From a candidate division WWE3 bacterium (GTDB taxonomy: Bacteria > Patescibacteriota > 4484-211 > GCA-002791395): a stretch of DNA of 64,000 nucleotides. Under the pieces are notes generated by a model. The model was not told the DNA's origin and searched no databases. It saw only the letters and a program-made list of their open reading frames with translations. Both the position numbers and the translations under genes were made by a program. Of this stretch, positions 29,249-38,439 are shown one piece after another. The first letter of the stretch is position 1. Each line of letters begins with the position of its first letter. The stretch is from the NCBI GenBank assembly GCA_013335095.1, contig JAAXWF010000002.1, positions 269,566 through 333,565 on the forward strand, written 5' to 3'.

Positions 29249-31003
29249 ATGGACGTAAAACAAGTTAGTCGTTACTTCAAACACTTTGAATTTTCTATTT
29301 GGTCTTTGATCGTATTTCTTGGGATTCTGATAAATTTTTCTGGAATAGAATCGCTGATCCAACATGAATTCGCGATGAACATATTGCTTGGAGTAATTTC
29401 GATCTATACCCTCGTTCATTTTCGACTGATTCCCGCAGAAAAGCATACCAGTACCGTTATCGTTGCATCAACATTAATCTTTACCACGTTAACACTGTGC
29501 GTCGTGCATTTTAGCGGTTCCTTTGACAGTATATTTTTTCCGGTAATTTATATCCCGATACTTTTTTCGATGATGATGGCCGGATGGAGAGTCGTTCTTA
29601 TCGTCGGATTCTATACGTTGGCGTTTCTGTCGTTTGAATTTCTGATCTATTTTTTGCCCCTTCACGGGTGGGCGACAGAATCAATCCGAATATTACTAGA
29701 TCGAGTAATTGGTTTAGTGATCGTTACCTATATCTCTTATGTCAACACACAGGAAGTCTTAACGCGGGCCAAAGAGAATCTAGCATTACAAGAAGAAAAG
29801 GAAAAGATACATGCAATACAACAGCGAGAAGAAACGATCTTCCAATCAATCCAAGACATGGTGATTGCGCTTGATAAAACAGGAAAAGTCATACTCTCAA
29901 ATCGGAGCTTTGAAAATACAATGGGCTTGCCTCGAATAGATATATTAAATAAGCATTATCGTGATCTATTTAACATTTTTGAGATTGATCATTTAGGTAA
30001 TTTGATTGCCGAGATCGACTTGCTTCTAACAAAAGAGTTTTCGATTTTCTTTAGTGATGCCGAAAAAAATAATGACAACCGAGACCTCAAATTAGTCAGC
30101 AAACACAATCAAAAGGAAGTATTCATTGAACTAACAAATTCTCCATTATCAGCTGAAACCGATCAAACCGTCGAAGGCGCGGTTGTGGTAATGCGAGATG
30201 TAACCGATCAAAAACAACTCGATAAGATGAAGCTTGATTTCGTTTCAATGGCGGCGCATGAGCTGCGAACCCCAATAACAGCAGTACGCGGTTATCTTAG
30301 CGCACTTAAAGAAGAAGCATGGAACGTACTTAATGAAGAGCAAAAACGCTTTGTTGATCGGGCCGATATTGCATCAATACAGCTTGCGACTTTAATGGAG
30401 AACCTTTTATCAGTTTCACGTATCGAGCGCGGTTCGTTTAATTTAGATCGACGCGAAACTGATTGGAAAAAATTAGTCGAGCAACGCGTTGAAGAGTTTC
30501 AAACCCGAGCCGAAGCTCATGGACTCGCATTAATTTATCAGGCCCCACCAGTGGATATTCCGAAAGTGTTTGTCGACCCACTTCGTATTATCGAGGTGCT
30601 AAATAATCTTATTTCAAACGCAATAAATTACACCAACGAAGGACGGGTTGAAGTACGAGTAGAATATGATCCAAAAGAAGAGGTCGTTATAACCAACATC
30701 CAAGATACAGGCCAAGGAGTCCCACAAGATGCCCTTCCTCATATGTTTGAAAAGTTCTTCCGAGTATCGGGTGTGCTCGAACAGGGATCCAAAGGTACAG
30801 GACTGGGACTTTATATTTCAAAGCAAATTGCCGAGTTACATGGTGGTAAAATATGGGTGCAGAGTAAAGTTGATATAGGTTCAACGTTTAGTTTTAGCGT
30901 ACCGACGATAAATAATAAAAATATTCAGGAAGCGCTAAAAACACAACCACAAGCAGTTCGGCAAGCGTATCATGGACAACGGCCAACCACAAACCCAACC
31001 TAA
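29249..31003 (+). CDS. Membrane PAS sensor histidine kinase
   Basis: About 6 TM, PAS, AAHELRTP, NAINYT, DTGQG, GTGLGL. Confidence 0.92.
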   Translation: MDVKQVSRYFKHFEFSIWSLIVFLGILINFSGIESLIQHEFAMNILLGVISIYTLVHFRLIPAEKHTSTVIVASTLIFTTLTLCVVHFSGSFDSIFFPVIYIPILFSMMMAGWRVVLIVGFYTLAFLSFEFLIYFLPLHGWATESIRILLDRVIGLVIVTYISYVNTQEVLTRAKENLALQEEKEKIHAIQQREETIFQSIQDMVIALDKTGKVILSNRSFENTMGLPRIDILNKHYRDLFNIFEIDHLGNLIAEIDLLLTKEFSIFFSDAEKNNDNRDLKLVSKHNQKEVFIELTNSPLSAETDQTVEGAVVVMRDVTDQKQLDKMKLDFVSMAAHELRTPITAVRGYLSALKEEAWNVLNEEQKRFVDRADIASIQLATLMENLLSVSRIERGSFNLDRRETDWKKLVEQRVEEFQTRAEAHGLALIYQAPPVDIPKVFVDPLRIIEVLNNLISNAINYTNEGRVEVRVEYDPKEEVVITNIQDTGQGVPQDALPHMFEKFFRVSGVLEQGSKGTGLGLYISKQIAELHGGKIWVQSKVDIGSTFSFSVPTINNKNIQEALKTQPQAVRQAYHGQRPTTNPT

Positions 31004-31397
31004 ACAAATCTTGTTTATCGAAGATGACCTACTTCTGCGAGATATTTATTCACGTAGTTTAACGAAAGCGGGCTTTAACGTTGTAATGGCTGAAGATGGT
31101 GTTATTGGACTTGAAAAAGCCGATGATCAACCGTTTGATCTAATATTACTTGATGTGATGATGCCCAAGATGCATGGAATTGACGTGTTAAAACATTTAA
31201 AAATGAATGTAAAGACAAAAGACATTCCAGTCCTGATGATGACCAATCTAGGACAAGAAAGCGTTCTCGAAGAAGCCTTTGGGCTTGGAGCTATTGGATT
31301 TCTGATTAAAGCAAAACTACTTCCGCCAGAGCTATCTCAAAATCTAAAAACATACTTTGAGACTGGCCAAATGCCAATAAATATCAAATCTATATAA
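30972..31397 (+). CDS. Single-domain response regulator
   Basis: ILFIEDD, DLILLDVMMP..G, MMTN, FLIK. Confidence 0.92.
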   Translation: MDNGQPQTQPKQILFIEDDLLLRDIYSRSLTKAGFNVVMAEDGVIGLEKADDQPFDLILLDVMMPKMHGIDVLKHLKMNVKTKDIPVLMMTNLGQESVLEEAFGLGAIGFLIKAKLLPPELSQNLKTYFETGQMPINIKSI

Positions 31398-31446
31398 GAT
31401 CTTCACATTCGTTGACATTCGTTTTATACTAATAACCACAATTATA

Positions 31447-31653
31447 TTTGTCTGTTGAGAGCGTAGTAATGTCACGATTTTACAGAGAGGGGAGCAGAAG
31501 TTGAGAATCCCTAAATCACATTACCAAGACCACTCGGCATAAAAAAGACAACGTGCCATCACGAACGATGTAAAATTAAGATGGTCGCTAAAGCGGCAAT
31601 CAGGATGGAACCTCCCATAACTGGGATCCTGAAAGCGTTAGGCGACTTTTTTT
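31447..31653 (+). promoter_or_regulatory. T-box riboswitch (Thr)
   Basis: Stem I with GTAATGT/ACATTAC, AGAGA and GTTGA distal motifs, specifier ACC (Thr) at ~31529-31531; antiterminator CAGGA-TGGAACC-TCCCA..TGGGA-TCCTG; U-tract 31646-31653; directly upstream of thrS. Confidence 0.85.
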
Positions 31654-31660
31654 ATTGAAT

Positions 31661-33421
31661 ATGAAAAATAACGAATACCTACTACATCTCCGCCATACCA
31701 GCGCACATCTTTTGGCTGCAGCTGTTTTAGAACTATGGCCAGAGACCAAGCAAACCATCGGGCCAGCCATAGATACGGGGTTTTATTATGATTTTGAATT
31801 TGCAAAACCGATCACCGAGGAAGACCTACCTAAAATCGAAGCGAAAATGGCTGAACTTTTGAACGGTTGGTTTACAATCACACATCGAGAAGTGAGTCCT
31901 GAGGAAGCCAAACAATTATTCTCAAATAACCAATATAAGCACGAACTCATTGATGAATTTGCAAGTGAAGGTCAAACGCTGACCGTATATACCAGTGGTT
32001 CATATACTGACCTTTGTCGGGGCGGCCATGTCGAACACCCGGCCAAAGAAATCGGTGGATTTAAGCTTTTATCAATAGCGGGTGCATATTGGCGAGGTGA
32101 CGAAAAAAATAAGATGTTAACCCGAATTTATGGTACTGCATTCCCAACCAAAAACGAACTCGAAAAGTACTTAGCCGAATTAGAAGAAGCTAAAAAGCGG
32201 GATCACCGCAAGATCGGTAAAGAACTTGATTTATTTGCGTTCTCGGATCTTGTCGGTGCTGGTTTACCGCTATTTACTCCCAACGGAACAATTATCCGTA
32301 TGGAGCTCCAAAATGCGCTTTTTGAAATAAGTCGTAAATATTCGGTACTTCCGGTAACAATACCTCACTTAGCCAAGATTAAATTGTATGAGACATCGGG
32401 ACATGCCCAAAAGTTTGCTGGGGAATTATTTAGGGTAATTAGTCATTATGATGAAGAATTTGTCATGAAGCCGGTCAATTGTCCCCATCATACTCAAATT
32501 TATGCATCTCAGCCTCGTAGTTATCGAGATCTGCCGCTGCGATATATGGAATCAACCATGCAGTATCGCGATGAAAAACCAGGTGAAATAGGTGGATTAA
32601 CCCGCGTACGCTCAATAACTTGTGATGATGGGCATACATTTTGCACAGTCGACCAAATCAAAGAAGAGGCTCAAAACATCTGCCGGATTATCGAGGAATT
32701 TTATACCGGACTAGGGCTTTTTGGTAATCATTGGGTATCACTATCTGTTAGGGATCCTCAAAAACCAGACGCATATATCGGAGAACCTGCGGATTGGGAA
32801 AGAGCGGAGATGATGCTTCAACTAATATCCGATCAATTAGGACTAAATGCCATTCGACAAGAAGGGGAGGCCGCTATCTATGGACCTAAATTAGATTACA
32901 TGTTTAAAGATTCTCTCGGTAAAGAGCGCCAGCTCGCGACGGTCCAAATAGACTTTGCCATGCCAAAACGATTCGGATTAACATATATTGACCAACAAGG
33001 CAGCGAACAAACACCTGTCATGCTGCACCGTGCGATACTAGGTTCGTATGAACGATTTTTGGCGATCCTCATTGAACATTTTGCGGGAGCATTTCCATTG
33101 TGGCTTCACCCGACACAGGTTGCATTAATACCGATTAGTGAAAATCAACTCGAATATGCTCGAGCAATTGAGCAAAAAATTCGAGAGCTAATGCCAACAG
33201 TACGATTATCAATTGATACATCCAACGAAACACTACAAAAAAAGATTCGAAATGCACAAATGCTAAAGACTCCGTATATGTTAGTTATTGGCGGGAAAGA
33301 GCAACAGAATAACACCGTCAATGTCCGCTTACGAACTGGTGAATCACTTGGGGAATTAACTCCAGAGGAATTTGCTAAACGAATTGTTGAAAAGACTAAC
33401 CAGAGATCCCTTGATTTATAA
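31661..33421 (+). CDS. thrS: Threonine--tRNA ligase (lacks N-terminal TGS domain)
   Basis: RHTSAHLLA, DLCRGGH, RDHRKIG, KPVNCP, YGPKLD, HRAILGS.ERF. Confidence 0.97.
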   Translation: MKNNEYLLHLRHTSAHLLAAAVLELWPETKQTIGPAIDTGFYYDFEFAKPITEEDLPKIEAKMAELLNGWFTITHREVSPEEAKQLFSNNQYKHELIDEFASEGQTLTVYTSGSYTDLCRGGHVEHPAKEIGGFKLLSIAGAYWRGDEKNKMLTRIYGTAFPTKNELEKYLAELEEAKKRDHRKIGKELDLFAFSDLVGAGLPLFTPNGTIIRMELQNALFEISRKYSVLPVTIPHLAKIKLYETSGHAQKFAGELFRVISHYDEEFVMKPVNCPHHTQIYASQPRSYRDLPLRYMESTMQYRDEKPGEIGGLTRVRSITCDDGHTFCTVDQIKEEAQNICRIIEEFYTGLGLFGNHWVSLSVRDPQKPDAYIGEPADWERAEMMLQLISDQLGLNAIRQEGEAAIYGPKLDYMFKDSLGKERQLATVQIDFAMPKRFGLTYIDQQGSEQTPVMLHRAILGSYERFLAILIEHFAGAFPLWLHPTQVALIPISENQLEYARAIEQKIRELMPTVRLSIDTSNETLQKKIRNAQMLKTPYMLVIGGKEQQNNTVNVRLRTGESLGELTPEEFAKRIVEKTNQRSLDL

Positions 33422-33516
33422 CAGTTTAGAATATTTAATTCCAATTGTTTTTTTGCCTTCTCTTTCCTATAATCGACATCACGGTTAATACGCCCTACCA
33501 GAAAAGGAGTGATCCA

Positions 33517-33954
33517 ATGATGGATCCAAATGCCGTAGGAACCCCAGCCGTCCATTCAATACGAGTCTGGGTAGTTGCCCCGGACGACCGCAGAGATGTG
33601 CTGGAAATTTTCCAGCATAGTGAAGGGCAACAGTTTCAGGTCGATATCGTAATTATCGATATGAATAAACCCCATGGGAAACTCGCTGGACTACCCGATG
33701 AAAACACATGTTTCATCGTCTGCCGAAATGCTCCAGTTGTGGAACAATTGGACGATTTCACCCCCGACTTGCTGAAAGTAGTCCCCGGAGGTATAGGCGG
33801 CATCGAACTGCCAACGTACGTCTTCACGGGAAGCCTCCTTCAGTTTCTTCTTAGCCTTGAAGGAAAAGAGGTATACCCGATCCGTACAGATATTGAGTTT
33901 GGACTCGATATCCATCGGCTTAAATTGGGAGAGACGTGCAAAATAATTGAGTAA
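33517..33954 (+). CDS. Hypothetical protein (cassette J), possibly a degenerate receiver-like fold
   Basis: AAGGAG SD; TTGTTT-N17-TATAAT promoter; IRVWVVAPDD...VDIVIIDMNKP. Confidence 0.75.
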   Translation: MMDPNAVGTPAVHSIRVWVVAPDDRRDVLEIFQHSEGQQFQVDIVIIDMNKPHGKLAGLPDENTCFIVCRNAPVVEQLDDFTPDLLKVVPGGIGGIELPTYVFTGSLLQFLLSLEGKEVYPIRTDIEFGLDIHRLKLGETCKIIE

Positions 33955-33975
33955 AGACTACGCGGAACATGCGTA

Positions 33976-34007
33976 AAAAGGGAGGGGAGCACAGTCCTCT
34001 CCCTTTT
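33976..34007. terminator. Bidirectional terminator after cassette J
   Basis: AAAAGGGAGGGGA / TCCTCTCCCTTTT. Confidence 0.8.
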
Positions 34008-34070
34008 ATAACGCCAGTATCAAATACGTACATTGCGCTTGAAAACTGTTTCTGCTACAATACCGGGCGT

Positions 34071-34592
34071 ATAGTGAAGAAAAATAACGGATTGTATTAT
34101 CCTACCAATCAAAATATTCGAGATAATGAGCTTCGAGTTATTGATGCGGAGGGACAAAATCTAGGGATATTGAGTCGGGAAGTAGCGCTCACTAAAGCCG
34201 CTGAAGCAGGTTTAGATCTAGTATTGATTTCAGCCCATGCAAAGCCGCCGGTTGCGCGCATTGTCGACTATAGCAAATTTAAATACGAAAAAGAAAAAGC
34301 TGCGGCACAAAGTCGAAAGGGAAGATCATCTGAAGTCAAGGAGCTTCGGTTCCGTCCTAATATTGATGATCATGACCTTGAAGTCCGGATAAAACGAACA
34401 CTAGAATTTATCAAAGATGGTAATAAAGTGAAGTTCACGATTCGATTTTCTGGACGAATGATTACTCGAAAACAGCTTGGATATGAAAAAATGGGACGCA
34501 TTATCAAAGCACTTGAAGGTATTGCAGAAGTAGAAAAGCAACCCGCATTTGAGGGTGATATGCTCATAACGATAGTAAAGCCAGTAAAATAA
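34071..34592 (+). CDS. infC: Translation initiation factor IF-3
   Basis: NQNIR..ELRVID..G.NLG, DYSKFKYE, KELRFRPNIDDHD; start probably ATA 34071 or GTG 34074, after TGCTACAAT. Confidence 0.95.
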   Translation: MVKKNNGLYYPTNQNIRDNELRVIDAEGQNLGILSREVALTKAAEAGLDLVLISAHAKPPVARIVDYSKFKYEKEKAAAQSRKGRSSEVKELRFRPNIDDHDLEVRIKRTLEFIKDGNKVKFTIRFSGRMITRKQLGYEKMGRIIKALEGIAEVEKQPAFEGDMLITIVKPVK

Positions 34593-34594
34593 TT

Positions 34595-34798
34595 ATGCCA
34601 AAGATGAAAACCCGAAAAGGGGTTGTAAAACGAGTTAAATTAACCGGAAGTAAGCGAGCTCCTAAAATACTTCGTAGGAAACGGGTTATTGGTAATTTTA
34701 CCAAAGCTCGCAATGCAGCTAAGCGAAGTAATCGGAAGCCTGTTGAAATTAAAACAGCTGATCGCCGCGTATTGAAGAAATTATTACCAGGAATATGA
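34595..34798 (+). CDS. rpmI: 50S ribosomal protein L35
   Basis: MPKMKTRKGVVKRVKLTGS; lies between infC and rplT. Confidence 0.92.
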   Translation: MPKMKTRKGVVKRVKLTGSKRAPKILRRKRVIGNFTKARNAAKRSNRKPVEIKTADRRVLKKLLPGI

Positions 34799-35136
34799 GA
34801 GTAAAAAAAGGTACAACACGAGCACGAAAACATCGAGAAATAAAATCAGAAGCCAAAGGCTTTATTGGTCATCGTCGCCGAACAATTAAGGGTGCAAAAG
34901 AGGGAATAATGCATTCGCTCAAAAACGCCTTCGTCGGACGGAAAGACAAGAAAGCTAATATGCGCGCATTATGGATTATTCGAATCAATGCTATTCTCTC
35001 AGAAAAGAATATTTCATACTCCCGATTCATTAAACAACTAAAAGATAAAAATATTATTTTAAACCGAAAGATCTTGAGTGAAATAGCTGTACAAGACCCT
35101 GCCACCTTTGATAAAATAATCAAAGAAGTTGCCTAA
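34795..35136 (+). CDS. rplT: 50S ribosomal protein L20
   Basis: MRVKKG, AKGF.G, R.LWIIRINA, SYSRFI, LNRKILSEIA. Confidence 0.96.
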   Translation: MRVKKGTTRARKHREIKSEAKGFIGHRRRTIKGAKEGIMHSLKNAFVGRKDKKANMRALWIIRINAILSEKNISYSRFIKQLKDKNIILNRKILSEIAVQDPATFDKIIKEVA

Positions 35137-35342
35137 TGAACGTTATATCAACAGTCATACGAGACTTTTTTACTGTTTTTGTGATTCTCCAATTATTGTT
35201 TGGGTATCTTGAATATCGTCATACACCTGATTTTATCTATATCGTTGGTCGTCTATTCTCATCTAAATATTTAGTCCCGTCACTAATAATTCCGATTGCA
35301 TATATCATCCTAAAAGCATTGTTAAACTTTCTCTTTGCATAA
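35136..35342 (+). CDS. Small two-TM hypothetical protein
   Basis: 68 aa, coupled to the rplT stop (TAATG). Confidence 0.55.
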   Translation: MNVISTVIRDFFTVFVILQLLFGYLEYRHTPDFIYIVGRLFSSKYLVPSLIIPIAYIILKALLNFLFA

Positions 35343-35411
35343 TTGAAGCTAATCTTTGCGTAAGGTTAGCAATGAGGTACAATCAATACACACCCCACAA
35401 CAAAGCATGTT

Positions 35412-36437
35412 ATGGATATCGATACTGTATTAAACTCATTAATTCAAAGGCTTAACACCACAAACTCTGTGGACGAATTTCTAAAACTTCGGAAAGAATA
35501 TATTGGACCAAATGGAATCGTCAAACAGCACGAACAACAGCTCGCATCATTACCGGTTGAACAAAAAAGAATTATTGGTCCTAAATTGCAACAACTTAAA
35601 AAAGACGTTGAACGCGTAATCGAGGAAAAGAACGGCGAATTACATTCAAATACATTACTGAAACGCCAGGAATCAGAAAGTGAATCAATCAATTTTTCTC
35701 AGGCCAAAATCGGTCATTACCATCCGATAACGAACACCATAAGTATGATGAATCAACTTTTTATTGAGATGGGTTATAGCATCATGAATGGACCGGAAAT
35801 AGAAACAGATACCTATTGTTTCCAACGGCTGAACGTTCCCGTTGATCACCCAGCTCGAGATATGCAGGATACAATCTACGTCCAAGCACCCAATATACTC
35901 CTTCGCACCCAGACATCATCAATTGAATCCCGGGTACTTGAAGAGTTTAAACCACCTATGAAAGTTATCTGTCCTGGCAGAGTATACCGCAACGAAAAAG
36001 CCAATAGAAGTAATCATTTCATTTTCCATCAATATCAAGGATTTGTCGTGCTTCCTCATGTTACGTTGAAGGATCTATTTGGCACTTTTAATGCCTTATT
36101 TAAAAGAATGTACGGTGATGATGTTGAGGTTAGATATCGAAATAAATATTATCCCGAAGTTGAACCAGGCGTAGGACCCGATATGAAATGTTTCAATTGT
36201 AAAGGTACCGGTTGTGCAGTATGTAAAAACGTAGGGTGGATAGAAATGGGCGGGGCCGGAATGATCCATCCCCATGTTCTTTCGATGGCCGGAATAGATC
36301 CTCAAAAATGGATGGGCTTTGCCTTTGGTTTAGGGATAGATCGTTGGGTGATGGCAAAATACAATATAACTGATATTCGAACGTTACTAGGTGGAAATGT
36401 TGGTTACAAACCCAATCTATATGAAAATACTATATAG
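35412..36437 (+). CDS. pheS: Phenylalanine--tRNA ligase alpha subunit
   Basis: GHYHP, HPARDMQDT, LLRTQTS, PGRVYR, CxxC...CxxC, GFAFGLGIDR. Confidence 0.96.
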   Translation: MDIDTVLNSLIQRLNTTNSVDEFLKLRKEYIGPNGIVKQHEQQLASLPVEQKRIIGPKLQQLKKDVERVIEEKNGELHSNTLLKRQESESESINFSQAKIGHYHPITNTISMMNQLFIEMGYSIMNGPEIETDTYCFQRLNVPVDHPARDMQDTIYVQAPNILLRTQTSSIESRVLEEFKPPMKVICPGRVYRNEKANRSNHFIFHQYQGFVVLPHVTLKDLFGTFNALFKRMYGDDVEVRYRNKYYPEVEPGVGPDMKCFNCKGTGCAVCKNVGWIEMGGAGMIHPHVLSMAGIDPQKWMGFAFGLGIDRWVMAKYNITDIRTLLGGNVGYKPNLYENTI

Positions 36438-38439
36438 CGATCTTAAAAAATATATACCTGGTCTGCACGCAACTCCCGAGCAAATTGCCGAGTTTTACAC
36501 AATGACTGGACTAATGCTCGATAGCCGCACCGATGTAAGTTACAACAATCACGTCGATACACTTTTTAGTCTTGAGGTTCGACAAAATAGAGCCGATTGT
36601 TTTTGTGTACTTGGACTCGTAAGAGAATTAGCGGCATCGGTAAATAGTCCCATTCAGATCCCAAGCGTATCGGAAATAACTAAATCTGAAACATTCCCGA
36701 ATATTACCATCGTTGATGAAAGGTTTGTCCGACGATTAACGGCAATACAGATTAATAACGTAACGGTCAAACAATCGCCACAATGGCTAAAAGAATACGT
36801 CGAACTTCATGGAATAAATTCAATAAACCTATTAGTTGATCTTTCAAACTATACGATGCTTCTAACTGGATATCCTAATCACATCTTTGATATGGATAAA
36901 GTTCAGGGATCACTCCAATGGCGCGTATCATCTCAACACAAAAGTATGATCACCTTGGGCAGTAACGAAGTTCAGTTGCATTCAGAAGTTCTCACGATTG
37001 AAGATGATAATAGTCCACTCGCATTAGCCGGAGCAATCGGAGGTGACATCGCACGCGTAGACGAAAATACGCACAATATCCTTATTGAAGTCGGCGTATA
37101 TGACCCCGCATTAGTTATGAGAAACTCACGGTCATTATCGATTAGTACCGAAACAAGTCGCCGACTCGAAAAAAATCTTGATCCTCATGGAACTCGTTAT
37201 GCTTTAGAGCTATTAGTTTCACTTGTATTACAAGAATGTGGCGGTATCATATCATCCGAGGTATTCGATTTCTTCCCAGGAGAGAAGGACGCCATCCCAG
37301 AGATACCATATGATCCGCATCTCGCCGAACATATTGCAGGAGTTCCAATATCATCCGATGACTCACTGGGGATTCTACAGAGATTAAATTTTACGGTGGA
37401 CAGTACGGCTATTCCGTGGAAAATCGTTCCGCCTACCTACCGTACCGATATCAGTATCGCCGAAGATATCGCCGAAGAGGTCATCCGATTTGTCGGATAT
37501 AATAAGATACCGTCCGATGAAATCCCAGCTTTAGACGTGGTAACCAACATAACTCCAGAGGAAGAAATTCTAGTGACAAATCTACGACCCATACTTATCT
37601 CTGACGGTTATGATGAAATATTAAGTTCACCATTAATTACACCGGCACAAAACGTCGAAACAAACTATGCTAAAGATGAATCAATCATAGTGGAAAACGC
37701 TGTAAATGAAGAATTTACGGCACTGAGACAATCGCTCGCCGCAGGGTTAATGAACCAGGTTACAAATTACCTCAAACAAGGGATTAGCACTATCCAAATT
37801 TTTGAAATCGGCACGGTGTTTAGTAAAAAGGGGACTATGTTTAACGAAAAGCTACACCTAGGGCTTTTACATTTTGTTTCACCACAAGAGCAGCAAATTG
37901 GAACCTTCTGGCTGCATGTAGATCGTTTACTAAAGCATGCTGGAATAACTTCAATTGACTTAGTTCCTTCGGAGTCTGGTCAAAGGCCTCAGATCGCAAA
38001 TGAGTCCAGTTGTTGGCTAATAATGCATAACGAAGAACAAATAGGAGTTATTTATAAAACAAAGCCTTTGTGGAAAGAGGGGAGTGCCTATATTGCCGAA
38101 ATCAACATACACGAACTAATAAAAGTGGACATTGATCAAAACAACCGAGCCACAACGGAATTGACTCAACGCATGAGTTCGTATGACATAAATATAGTTC
38201 GACCCGAAAACTCAAATACATTTGAACTGGCCGCCGAGATTGAAACGCAACTCCCGGTAAATTCGCTATGGTCGATATCATTAACCGACCGATACAAACT
38301 TGCTGACGGCAAACAACCTAATTTAACCCGATACACCTTCAGGATTTCTTATATCAACTTGGCTGAACAAGATGCAAAACTACTTCATGAAAAGCTGTAC
38401 ACGGTAATACCAGGGGCTGAACAAGGAGAGCTGCCATGA
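36421..38439 (+). CDS. pheT: Phenylalanine--tRNA ligase beta subunit (no B2 OB insert)
   Basis: NRADC..V.GL.RE, SPQWL, IN.LVD.SNY, PTYRTDI...DI.EEV.R..GY. Confidence 0.93.
   Translation: MKILYSDLKKYIPGLHATPEQIAEFYTMTGLMLDSRTDVSYNNHVDTLFSLEVRQNRADCFCVLGLVRELAASVNSPIQIPSVSEITKSETFPNITIVDERFVRRLTAIQINNVTVKQSPQWLKEYVELHGINSINLLVDLSNYTMLLTGYPNHIFDMDKVQGSLQWRVSSQHKSMITLGSNEVQLHSEVLTIEDDNSPLALAGAIGGDIARVDENTHNILIEVGVYDPALVMRNSRSLSISTETSRRLEKNLDPHGTRYALELLVSLVLQECGGIISSEVFDFFPGEKDAIPEIPYDPHLAEHIAGVPISSDDSLGILQRLNFTVDSTAIPWKIVPPTYRTDISIAEDIAEEVIRFVGYNKIPSDEIPALDVVTNITPEEEILVTNLRPILISDGYDEILSSPLITPAQNVETNYAKDESIIVENAVNEEFTALRQSLAAGLMNQVTNYLKQGISTIQIFEIGTVFSKKGTMFNEKLHLGLLHFVSPQEQQIGTFWLHVDRLLKHAGITSIDLVPSESGQRPQIANESSCWLIMHNEEQIGVIYKTKPLWKEGSAYIAEINIHELIKVDIDQNNRATTELTQRMSSYDINIVRPENSNTFELAAEIETQLPVNSLWSISLTDRYKLADGKQPNLTRYTFRISYINLAEQDAKLLHEKLYTVIPGAEQGELP

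Noticed and set aside
3042-34007. Cassettes as classical integron gene cassettes
   Set aside because: No IntI. The hairpins lack the RYYYAAC...GTTRRRY order of attC (7557-7582 has GTT...AAC, the reverse order), and each cassette carries its own promoter.
33969-34070. Long N-terminal extension of IF-3 from ATG 33969
   Set aside because: It runs through the terminator hairpin of cassette J and lies upstream of the infC promoter.
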